NCBI GenBank assembly: GCA_973851085.1
Contig: OZ316775.1
Coordinates: 3,906,001 to 3,970,000 of the forward strand
DNA length: 64,000 nt
Source: Ptychomitrium polyphyllum
Lineage: Eukaryota
Direction of reading: 5' to 3'
Part shown: piece by piece, positions 52,601 through 64,000 of the stretch
Layout: each line of letters opens with the position of its first letter
Position numbering within the stretch: the stretch's first letter is position 1
Translations under genes and position numbers: made by a program
The notes under the pieces: model-generated
What the model saw: only the letters and a program-made list of their open reading frames with translations
The model's database searches: none
What the model was told of the DNA's origin: nothing

Positions 52601-55600
52601 TAATACTTTAAAAGCAATGATATTTTAAGATTGGAAAAGGTATATATCTTTTAAGAATTAAAGTAACATAATCTTTTTTTTTTTGAGAAGTGGAAAAAAA
52701 AAAAAAAACTTTAAAACACTAATTATTATTTCACCTTCAAAAAACATTTATGACTCACATTTCAATTTATGCTATTAAAGGTGTTAAAGTAGAAACCTTG
52801 ATATCAAAGGGATGATAATTAGTTAATGACATTATATTTTACTTCCTTCATACGTTGCAATTTTGACCTATAAACCACCAATCTGTTTTTTTACAAATTC
52901 TTTTAAGAAACAATATGTTAGAAGCACATTTATAAGAGCTTTGTAATAATAAAAAAATAAACACTTTTATTTAAAGAATTGAATTTTTATTAAAAATTTA
53001 TTAACAAAACATAATGCATATAATTAAGGAATATGTAATTTTATGCAAAATAATTAGACTATGGTATTTTGAAGTGATAAATTAAGAAAATATACTAAAT
53101 TTAAATATTTGAAATGTAGTTAGGAAGTTTTTCATGTGGAGATTGTCACATTGAATTATTATTAAAAAAAAAACAAAAAAATCTTAAATAAATAATAAAT
53201 AACCATCATTTGTCATTAATAAAGGTATAAGCAATGTATTTTACTTTTCCAATTTAAAAAAGCTATTCAAGATTATTGTCTTTTAAAATAACTTATGAAT
53301 TTGAAAGCTATAATAAATTTTAATTGAAATGTTGTCCAACACATGGAAGTTCTATATAACATATTGAGACGGAAATTCATTTAAGCAATAGGCTTTATTG
53401 AAGAGCCATCATAATCTTGTCCCTCAAAAATCAATCAAATATTTTTTTTTGCCTCTCCTACTTTGTTGACAATACAAAATAGGTTGATATTTGGGCATCA
53501 ATAATATCATGGATACAAGACAAAAATTTAGAAAATAGACAAAATATCACTTTATAAGGGAAAAACAAGGATTAAATTGATATCAAGTATGTTTGAAAGA
53601 TTAGAATGTTCACATGGAGAAATTGATTTGACTTAATTCAAACTTGTTTTTGAACCAATGCCAATCAAGAGGTCTAAGTGTACATTTTTGTAAATTAATA
53701 CTATTGTCATTTTTTAATATGAAAGGTTTGAAAAACAAGAAAATTGTCATATAATTAAATGTCACATATTGATTATATGACATTTAAAGCATTTGGTGTT
53801 GTATTATCGAGGTTTTCAAAATTTGACCAAAATAAGTATAAAAACACATTACCATGGTTATAAAATATTAAAAATAGACTTTATGTGTACCAAGATTTGC
53901 AATACTAAGCTTGTTACTGGCAACCAATCATAATTGCCATACAAGCCTTAGCTTTGCTCAAATCTTAGCTCCCATCCTCAAATTCTAGCCAACTTTTTCT
54001 AGCCCTAGACTTTGGAGGTTCTCATAAGATTTTTGATTATAAATGAATGAAGTACCATATGTATATTTCAAATATTCATCATTTTAGATGAAATTCATCC
54101 ATATTAAGCATTAGTTACCAATATTATATGACAAATTGGGGGTCTTAATTGTCATACTACAATGTATTATAGTCGTACTGTAGGAGGAGTTTTGAACTAA
54201 GTAAATTGGTCATTCAAAAATGAACTGTATAGTTAACATTGCCGTGTATTTGAATGTAGTAATAGCAGGGTTAAACTACATAGGTTAATTTAGATGTAGA
54301 GTCTTGATTTATGAGAAGTTTAAATACAGTCAATTCGAATACAATTTGGCCCCAAAAACGTTTGCTAATAAACATAAATTTTCTGAAACGGCTGCCCATT
54401 AAATGCACCACAACAGCTACAGTGGTTTTGCAATTCCACCTTCATATAATATCCTTAAACATAGTCCTGGTCCTTGACTAAGTGGACATCTCCTTATTTG
54501 GGGTGTTTGGAGGTGCCAACTCAACCACTAGTCCAGTGACTTGATTCTGCCTGGGTTCTGCTGGGGAAGCACATGGAAAAGTACAGAGAGCTCTTCATGG
54601 GCCTCTCCTGCCATTTGTCGTTTAAGGACGTGGAAACAGTGATTGGAGGAAAGAACTATGCAACTAGAAACGTATAGTGGAGACCCTATCCTGGAGCTCT
54701 GACACTCATCTGGTTTTCCTGGAAAATTTGGCTGTCTAAGGGCTCCACACCAAGCCAAAACAAATGTCTCGTTTCCATGCCTGTCAACAACATACAGTAC
54801 ATCCTTATCATTTCACTTAGGTGTGCATAAGTTATTCATTATCTTGAGAAATATTGCAATAAGTTAAACAGTAGCAAACATATGTTACTCTTGTAAGACT
54901 GCAAGTTTAATGGAAAATGGAAGAATGAACTGTAGATGAAACCATGCACCTTGAGATTATTCAGGAGCTTCCCAATACTAGGCGGGCCATTGGAGCTTCT
55001 CCACCAGATAGGCTTTGAACTCCTTGAACTTCATTTCAAAGGATTATTTAAGATTCACAGGCCCGCACCCCAATATTAACAACCCCTCTGAGCTTTCAGT
55101 AGGGTTCATGTAGTTAGAATTTGAAACTTTTTAATTGATAGATGCCAGGTAACTAAGATGTCCAAGAACTATCACATGGAATTTTGATAATTTAATAAAT
55201 TTTTATAAGATTGTTTTATTTTTAATATGAATTTTTGATTTAAATCCAAGGATTATAAATTGAAGAATGAAATTGTAGGTATAAGATTGACTACATTAGT
55301 TTGAGTAGGTGATATGAATGATTCGAAATTAATATTTGTTTAAAGTAAGTTTTCTTTTATTTTTATATTTCAGTTTTTAAAATTTTCATTCCACTCAGAA
55401 AATTTTATTTTTTGAAAAATTACAATTACCTAACATTCAATAATATGAACTCCTAACAAATCCAAAATAAAAATGACCTTTGTAGATCTCTAAAGGAATA
55501 AAAATAAAAATAATATAACATTGTATATAGTGGTTTATATACAATGAATAAATTTATTTATATAGCAATGTTATGTTTGTTGTCTACAAAGCACCGTATG

Positions 55601-58600
55601 ATTGTACAATGCTTTATTTCTATCAATAGGCATTTAAAATAAAAAGATTCTTAGACAATTGATGCAATTAATGCAATGCATTTGCAACTAATTAATAAAT
55701 TGATAATAGAAAATTATTTTAAAATTACAAATGTGAAACAATAGACCAAAATATGGAAAGCGGATTTTGGCATGATTGTATTATGTAAGATGAAAATCAC
55801 AAAGGTGCCAAATATGTATAGCAATGATATTACTTGATGATCATTATGAATGAACTCACTCTACTTAAGTTAATTAAGTTTAGCATTGCTATGGTATTCA
55901 AAGTAAATGGATTTGATTGTTTAAAATACACATAAGATCAATTTGCTACTTATCTATGATTTTTTCAATAAACTTATATACCAAAACGAAGATGCAATTG
56001 CAACCGTTATAACAGTCATTTAAAGAACAAATCATGAAGTTTTATTTAGCTGTGATGGCAAATTAACAAAACATCTATGGCATCAATTATCTATAGTTAT
56101 CACTACCAGCCTTCTATTCAATCATTCTTAATTTCATCATTCCAAATACAATTTTGACTATTGGCAATGATGTATGTATAACGCTTTTATTGCGCCTATA
56201 AAACATGCCTTATATTTTGGTACAAATCAAATTATACAAGCAATGCATGAAAAGTAAAATGTCCATGGCAATACTAAAAATGGAACTACTTTTATTTGAA
56301 ATGGTCAATTCTTTTTTTTAAGCAAAAAGACAATAGCATATAGAAAACATAATTATTTATTAGTGATTGAAGATTATGTCAACAAATCAAGGTCCAAAAA
56401 CAAAATCTGATTTTTACATGATTTCATTACTATGGATTAGATTCAAAGTGAGAGCTCAAATGAATCATTTATAAGGGAGACTAAAAACCAATGAAAAACT
56501 CTTCTAAAAACATGTTAAATAAAATTTTAATGGCTAGCCATCTAAAAGTATGTCCTTGCAATTTAACATATAAAAATGAAAGAGATTTATCCATATTGAA
56601 ATGAAGCCCTCTAATTCAAAGGATACTACACTATTTGATTAAATGGAATAGGATATAAATGCACTTGAAGTAAATTGAAGTCTTCTAAATAAAATAAATC
56701 TTATAAATAATAAATTTATGAAGGTTTTTAGAATCCAAGAAGAGTAATGAAACACTAGAAAAGCACATTTTAGATGTCATCATTATTAAAGACAGAAACA
56801 CCATTTTGAGTATTATCTAATTGGTCAATCACGATTCATTTGGTCACCAATTACACAATATCAATTAATATCAATGGAGTTTTTACTTACTTTAACTTTC
56901 AACTAATTTCCACATAGCCAATCTAGAACAAAATTCAAAATCAAACAAATAGTAAATACAAGAAATATAAAAATGATACAAAACTCTATTAACAAAAATG
57001 ATTTACAAACGTTGGTAAAAAATTATCAACTAGTGCTAATACCAAAAAATCTGCATGTTGTCTTTAAAGACAATTCCTCTTTATATACATTGAATTTAGA
57101 GTTTAGAATTGTTGCCGAAAGCTGATCTAAGTTGTTGCAAAAAAATTGATAATTTTAATTGTTATTGGTTACTAGGCAGTTTCAATACCCATTTGTTATA
57201 ATTTAAGGGAATTATTAATCCATTGATGGGTCACTAACAAGCTCTTTAACAAGCATATTTGGAAACCATACACACATTTGAGATGTAACTTAAGACTACC
57301 AATACAAGTGGTTTACTTTAAAAAAAACACAATGTTGTAGAAATACATTCTAGACTTTGTATTAAAATTATACATTGTTACAATTGAAACAATTTAGAAA
57401 TCTTCCTCATTTATAAGAATTGATCAATAAAGATTTGCAATATGTTTGCCATTAATACTTACAAGCCAAACTTTTGAAAAATTATATGATTTAGATTAGA
57501 CATTTTATAATGGCTACACATTGATAAATAAAAGGTGGATAAAATCAAATTTGGCTTAATGGCGCACATCCATTATAAAAAATTTATACTTATATGGGCC
57601 AGATGCAATATATTACATATACAATATGAATACCATACAATGATTATTGTTGTTCTTATTTTTTGACATTCTTTTAAAAATCAAATTTTAAGGGATTGAA
57701 AATTATACAAAAAACATCTTACAAAACTAGTATTTTTAATGCAAAGAGAAAAAATTATTAGAAAAATGATTATTATATTTAATTATTAAAAAATTAATCA
57801 ATTTAATTTTTTTAAACCTTCAACATGTGGAAATACATATATTGAATGCAAAATAACTGCAATTTTGATTTCTTTAAATTATAATTAATACTTATATTAC
57901 ATTATGTATCACAAGTTTTTTAATTGGTATTTCAAAATTTGTCAATTCACAATGTTAAAATAATGTTGACTATAATTAAGCCAACGTGCACATGAAGAAT
58001 TTTTTTAAATAATGATTGAATTTTTTAAAGTATTTAAATACAACTTTTTATGCATAATATTTGTAACATTATAATTTGGATGATTGATTAAAAAGCACAA
58101 TTTAATTTGTAATAAAAAAAATCAAATTGTAAATTAAATTTCAAGGACTATTGTGTCGTATTTCATATGTATGCATTATATTCTCATGTATAATAAAAAA
58201 TAATGCATCATGAGTGCAATCATTTATGGTATTTATATCAATTAAAAAAAAAAAAAAATTGCATTAAACTTGAGAATTAAATCAATAATTTTAAATCCAC
58301 CAATGCAAAAATTGGTTCTATAGGCATTTGAAGTTGCAAATTTTTTCCTTAAGCATAACACTATTGTGTGGACTATGGTGGGCTAAAAAATCCCTTTAAA
58401 AAATTGTAATGGAATTTTAAAGAATATTCATGATGGATATGGAAACATAAGAGATATGAAGTAGAACTATCTAATACCACCTTCTATTGTTACCGCTAGC
58501 TATTAATAAATCCAAACTTCTTTATATTGATTACTATCAACTATTAAATTCCTGTCATTAGTGGTTAAGGTTAGTGAGTTGCAATAATGAACAATTTGAG

Positions 58601-59119
58601 ATTACATATAAATGAACTCATACAATGGTGGAAATGAAAAAGAAGATGAAATTACACTAATTTTGGAAGGAAATTATGCAGGAGATATTAACTTGGTTCA
58701 TTGTAATTATTGAATGGAATTTAAGTGATTGTACATTCATTTAATGATGGTTCTTAGTTTTTGTATAGGTAGATAATGGATTGATCTATATGTATTTTTG
58801 GCCTTTCAAAAAAATTACTTTTGAAAATCCATAATTAATTCAAATCCTATTTTGACTCTTTAAAATTTTGATTGAATCATATTCAAAACTTTAATTTATA
58901 TCTACCAAAAATTATTGAAATATATACAACATTGATCATAACATCTTTGAACACGTGAAGCAACCCAATTCTACCTTAGAAAGTGAAAAATCCACAATAA
59001 ATAATAGTAAGAACGTACAGTAGTGAATGCATGAATATTTAAAGATATGAGTCTAGTTTGTTGACATGGAGCACAAACTCCTTCAATCTTTAATGGAATC
59101 AACAACTTAATTATATCTC

Positions 59120-59205
59120 TGGTTAAAAGAATTATCCTTGATAGAGAGGCTGTTCAGAGTGGTTAAAAGAATTATCCTTGTTAGAGAGGCTGTTCAGAGT
59201 GGTTA
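59120..59205. repeat. 40-bp tandem duplication (one mismatch)
   Basis: GGTTAAAAGAATTATCCTTG(A/T)TAGAGAGGCTGTTCAGAGT at 59121-59160 and 59161-59200. Confidence 0.9.
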
Positions 59206-59465
59206 TTAGAAAAATGTCATGGCAAAAAAGCATATTCCCTATGGCAGTGGCAATGGGATGTTCCTCACTCCCACACCTCTTGGAACTTCAGGAATAAGAA
59301 GTAAGCAAGCAAGCATGTAATTATCTCCGTATCTGAATTTCTTAGACTCGTGGTGATAACTTGTATGGGGAAGGCCACAATGAACAGTTGGCACCCTGCA
59401 GGCCTCGGTGTCATGCTCTAACCATGGAAAAGAAAAATGAGTTGAACCCCCTGCAGAGGGAGCAC

Positions 59466-59537
59466 GGTTGTAAGGTTGTAAGGTTGTAAGGTTGTAAGGT
59501 TGTAAGGTTGTAAGGTTGTAAGGTTGTAAGGTTGTAA
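59466..59537. repeat. Perfect octamer array (GGTTGTAA)9
   Basis: Nine uninterrupted copies read directly from the sequence. Confidence 0.95.
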
Positions 59538-61089
59538 GCTACTTGTGCCATGGAAAGGAGTCCTTGCAGATCGCCTGGATTTGATCCTCAAATATTGCTT
59601 ATGTACCAGTACAACCTCTGCCTCTACTCATTATTATTGCAGTCCATGACGACTCATTACAATGGCCCTTCATGGCAGCATTAACATACTTCCATTCAGA
59701 GGCAGCGTCTTGCTAGGGATGCCTCGCATTAGATCTCATCTTGAGTTGGACCCACCCCTCCCACTAAGCTTTTGCTGCCTTGCTGTTCATGAACCGTACG
59801 CCTGGGGCATGGGAACTTCTTTGCATATGAAATAAATTTGGAACTTGGATTTGGGGTTTCTTCTCCTGAGTTCTCATAGCCTTATTATTGGATGTTGAAG
59901 GTTTCATTGTCCCAATGTTCAAGATATCATAGTCCCAATTGTGCCCCATTCCCATTTGCTTCCCATTTGCTCGGGCACTTATTCCAAAGTTTGTCATGTG
60001 AAGGTTTAGGGATCATTCAAAAGTATAAACCCATTTATCCAATTTTCTTGGAGAGTTTAATAATTTCAATACAAGTGATCTTTTTTAAATCATTTTGATT
60101 TTTGATGCTTTTTAAAGCCAAATTATTACACTTGGAACATGGTAGTTAATTTTATCTATAGAATTTTAATAATATGAAAAGAAAAAATAGATAAAATATG
60201 CCAAAGCTTTACCTAAGTATCAACATGATGTTATCAAATTCCACCTAATTATTACATTAGTACCAAAGGACTAGAATTATTGTAGAATACGGTACTAGTA
60301 TTCAAAACTTATTAAACATGGATTTTAGGATTTAAAAGTTATGGTGATCCAATACACAACCTTTGATTCCCTTAAGCTTCCAAGGCCCTTGCACTAAATG
60401 CAATCCTAACTGTGTATTTGCAATTCCGTGAAGACAAAGTAGATATATTCATTACCACCTTATTTCCATATCTACAAATTATGGAATGTAATAATCACCA
60501 AACACATTTTTAAGAACCACTATAAGGAAAATAGAATGAAAAATTGATAAAAAATGGTGCTTATAGAACTGAACTTGGATGTAATTGAATTTATAAAGTA
60601 ATACAAGTGAAAAAGATGGTGGATTTTTACAATTGTTTTGAAAATAATCATGTAATGGCCATAGGCTTAATACATGGTGATTTTATAATGAAATTTAGTT
60701 GGTTGTGCTTGTATTAATTGATAGTTAATAGTTGTTATTTACATGATTAATAAGTTGACCTATTAGCATTTTTGGGCTTTTAAATCATGTCTTTAAATTC
60801 TAGTATCATTAAAACAAATATTTGTTGAAAGTATATATGGTGCAATTCTTTCCATGGTCAACATTGATCTACTTATCTTAATCAAAAGCAATAATGGACT
60901 TTCATAAATATTCATATACACTTGAAAATGTGTAGATTTAATTTTTGTTAAGATACCAATTGTTACATCTACTCAAACAAAAATATTTTATAAAATCATA
61001 ATTATTCTTTAAGCGTGTGCTCATTAAGTTGGAAGTAATAATTGTGTTGTCAAAATTACATCAAGGTTTAACTTCTCAATTTCATTTCA

Positions 61090-61355
61090 TCTTGACATCA
61101 AAATGACATAAGTTAAAATAATGTCAAAATGACATTCAAATGATATTGACATTCATTAAATAATATTAAAATGACTTAAATTAAAACCATTTAATAATTA
61201 TTTTGATATGACATCAAAATCACATAAATTTTCATTTGGATGTCATTTAAATCTCTAGCTATTTCATGCCATTATGACATCATTTTGATATAAAAATATT
61301 GATGTCATTTAAAAACCTTTACATATTGTTGTCATTTTGATGTGATTTTGATTTC
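61090..61355. repeat. Cluster of direct and inverted (TG)ACATCAAAAT(G/C)ACA motifs; possible foldback/MITE remnant
   Basis: ACATCAAAATGACA (about 61095-61108) is the reverse complement of TGTCATTTTGATGT (about 61330-61343); further variants near 61120, 61209, 61238, 61275 and 61300. Confidence 0.5.
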
Positions 61356-62197
61356 TTAGACAATACCAAATTGATATGGAATATAACCCACATTCATTTT
61401 ACATTGAATTCCATGTAAAAATGACACAATTTTTATCTTTTCATATTACAATTTTTAATTTGTGTATTTACATTTAATATTTTCTTAAATAGATTATGAA
61501 ATGTGGAATTATATGCAAATTGTAAATTTCATAAATTAAAAACCTTAGTTTATTGAAAGATGTTATCATACCTAATCATCTTAAAATTCACCAAAAATTT
61601 ACTAATTGTCAAAATTTAGTGAAAATTCTAACGTTATAAACAAGATGTATTTACTCCAATATCCTTCCAATATTAATAGACATATAACTAAAGGACCAAT
61701 TTCATAAAAAATATATGTATGAATCATTTTTAACACTTATAAAAAGATGATGGATTGTTCTTTATTTTGATACTACTACAAAGATAAAATCAATTATATC
61801 AATCATCTATAAAGAACTAAATTGAAACCATAAATCTTTTAAAAAAATAACTCATACAAGAAACTATAAAGATATTGGAAGAACAATAAAGTACAAATTT
61901 TTGGAATCACTATTTTTAATGCAAATTATAATTAAATAAAATATGAAACATGTTTTGGGGCTTTTAATTGGTTTTTTGAATGTAGATGAAATTAAAATAA
62001 AGAAGAGTGACATTTGACCAAGAAAAAAATTAAATGTTTTTTATATCCTTTCACTAGCAATCTATTTGTATTTTTTTCATACTTGACAAACAACAAGCTA
62101 TAAATTCTCAAAATGGAAATATCATTCAATCATAGCATTTTTTATACAATTCAAAATTATAATTATATTATATTTAGATTAGGAATTCTATCATATT

Positions 62198-62297
62198 NNN
62201 NNNNNNNNNNNNNNNNNNNNNNNNNNNNNNNNNNNNNNNNNNNNNNNNNNNNNNNNNNNNNNNNNNNNNNNNNNNNNNNNNNNNNNNNNNNNNNNNN
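62198..62297. other. Assembly gap (100 N)
   Basis: Run of 100 N. Confidence 0.99.
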
Positions 62298-64000
62298 CTT
62301 GAGAAACTTGCATGAACAAGATTAGTATGAAGCAAATGATTTGCTTTGCATCTTATCTTACCAAAAATGTATCTGTAATAAAAAAACATTTTTCAAGTCA
62401 TTTTCAAACCATATCCTTTACATTCTACACGCTTTTGAAATGCTATTTAATGTTATTTGAATCATTAAATTGATCCAAAAAATATGAGAAATTTTCATTG
62501 TTTTATACATTTAAGAAGAATAAAATAAAAAATAAAATATTTGTAGAATTTGTTGTGATGTTACCTTTGATATTTTGTCTTTGGAAACCAATAGCTTCTC
62601 CTTAATCAAAGAGTCCAAATTTTTCTTAAATTTTGATGGTTCAACATGTAAAAAAAACTGAATTTTTTCATGATGTAACCATATAAGTTTACACATGCAA
62701 TTTGGATTGAAAGGCTATTTTAAAATCCAAGACATATTGAAAATGCAAAGAGGATAACATTTTTGTAATCCTTGAACAAGCAACAAAATATCACATGCTA
62801 AGAACACAATATAGTTTCACCACAAAGATCTACATAATTTCACACAAACAGCCATATTCTAACCATATTTCTTCCACACTACATAAGTAACACTTATTTA
62901 TGTTTGATATTGTCTACAAGCCACATCAGATTTTTGTATGTGACAAAGAAATAAAAAATTAAAAAACTGAAAATAAAAATGCATCACAATTAAGGAACAT
63001 ACCTTCAGATCTCAACGTAGACATGCTGGAGCACACCTGATGTCAGTTTGCACTGTAAGGGTTAAGGAAACCTGTGCCTGTGTGGCAAGTGAATGACACG
63101 ACTACTCAGTGTGCTCAATGATCAATGCTAATCACTGGTGGGCTTATCTTGACTTGTTGCATCAGTCAATGTCAAGTCAACTGTGCTGGTAACCACAAGC
63201 ACTGCAAGTACTATCCGCAGTTTACCACCATGAGGGGAGCCTGGAACTAGTGCCGTGTAGGACTTATCATCAGGCTCACACATGAGAATTTTTAACACTT
63301 GCTCTCTTCAGAGGACAAGTCTAACCTGCTCTGTTCTCTTCAACGCACTTTGTTACAATGGCCTGAGTTTATTGACCAATACAGGTGATAAGTTTGTTAG
63401 GAGGAGAGGGGGTTTTATGGCTATTCTATCATTACGATTCTCATGCCACTTCTCAAAAGTAGCCTTCACTTTATATTTTCTGTTTTGTGGTTTTAGATAG
63501 GGAACTCAATACATTTCCATGATAAAGGGACACTATTGTTGTTATCCCAGACAGCACTTTCACACAAGTATCCGTTAACTACTACATCTGGAGGAACATC
63601 TAGGAATGATCACTTGTGGATCTGTGCAGTGAGATTAGGAATACCTTATTTGTTGAAGCAAATAAGAGCAAACTGCATTGCAGAGGAAAGAGGCCTCACC
63701 CATCATCAGAGGAGACCTCCAGGGGCGAGCCAAACAATTAGGAATGTCTTCAGCCAAGCTGATTTTTCAATAGTTGCACATGCCTCTTGCCAGCTGTTGG
63801 ACTTGCAGAGAAAGCAACATTTACGTGGGTGATTAGAGGTACAGACAATGAAGCAATTGGTGACATGCATTACATGCTTAAAATATACACACTGTACCTC
63901 TCACCACACACAGTTCTAGATGTAACATTTCTTAAAACATTATTATAAGCTGACTGTTGAGTATCAAAATATTGAATAGGGTGTCACAGCTCCTTGTTCT

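Noticed and set aside
59120..59205. 40-bp repeat as a possible CRISPR array
   Set aside because: Only two directly adjacent copies, no spacers, no cas genes, eukaryotic context.
63282..63832. 72-aa and 98-aa ORFs at the window end
   Set aside because: No recognisable domain or splice structure; cannot be supported from this window alone.

Overview
Eukaryotic land-plant genomic DNA, most likely a moss or other bryophyte (inferred from gene content, intron style and GC-rich gene islands in very AT-rich, decayed intergenic DNA). Six protein-coding genes could be assembled by hand with frame-consistent splice sites. These are an OPT-family oligopeptide transporter (+, 5 exons), plastid MEP-pathway ispF (-, 4 coding exons), a plant DYRKP-type kinase (+, 13 exons), an intronless orphan secreted 116-aa Val/Asp-rich protein (-), an IRK-interacting-like protein (-, 2 coding exons) and an ORTHRUS/VIM (UHRF1-like) E3 ligase (-, 11 exons). 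The ORTHRUS/VIM protein has a C-terminal extension with a CUE-like ubiquitin-binding motif and a terminal SUMO-interacting-like motif. The orphan secreted protein has an 11-bp motif repeated three times in its promoter. Two GC-AG introns are required by the gene models, and the kinase leader carries strong-context uORFs. The rest is AT-rich decayed DNA, short tandem or telomere-like repeats and a 100-N gap. No RNA genes, CRISPR arrays or intact transposons were recognised.
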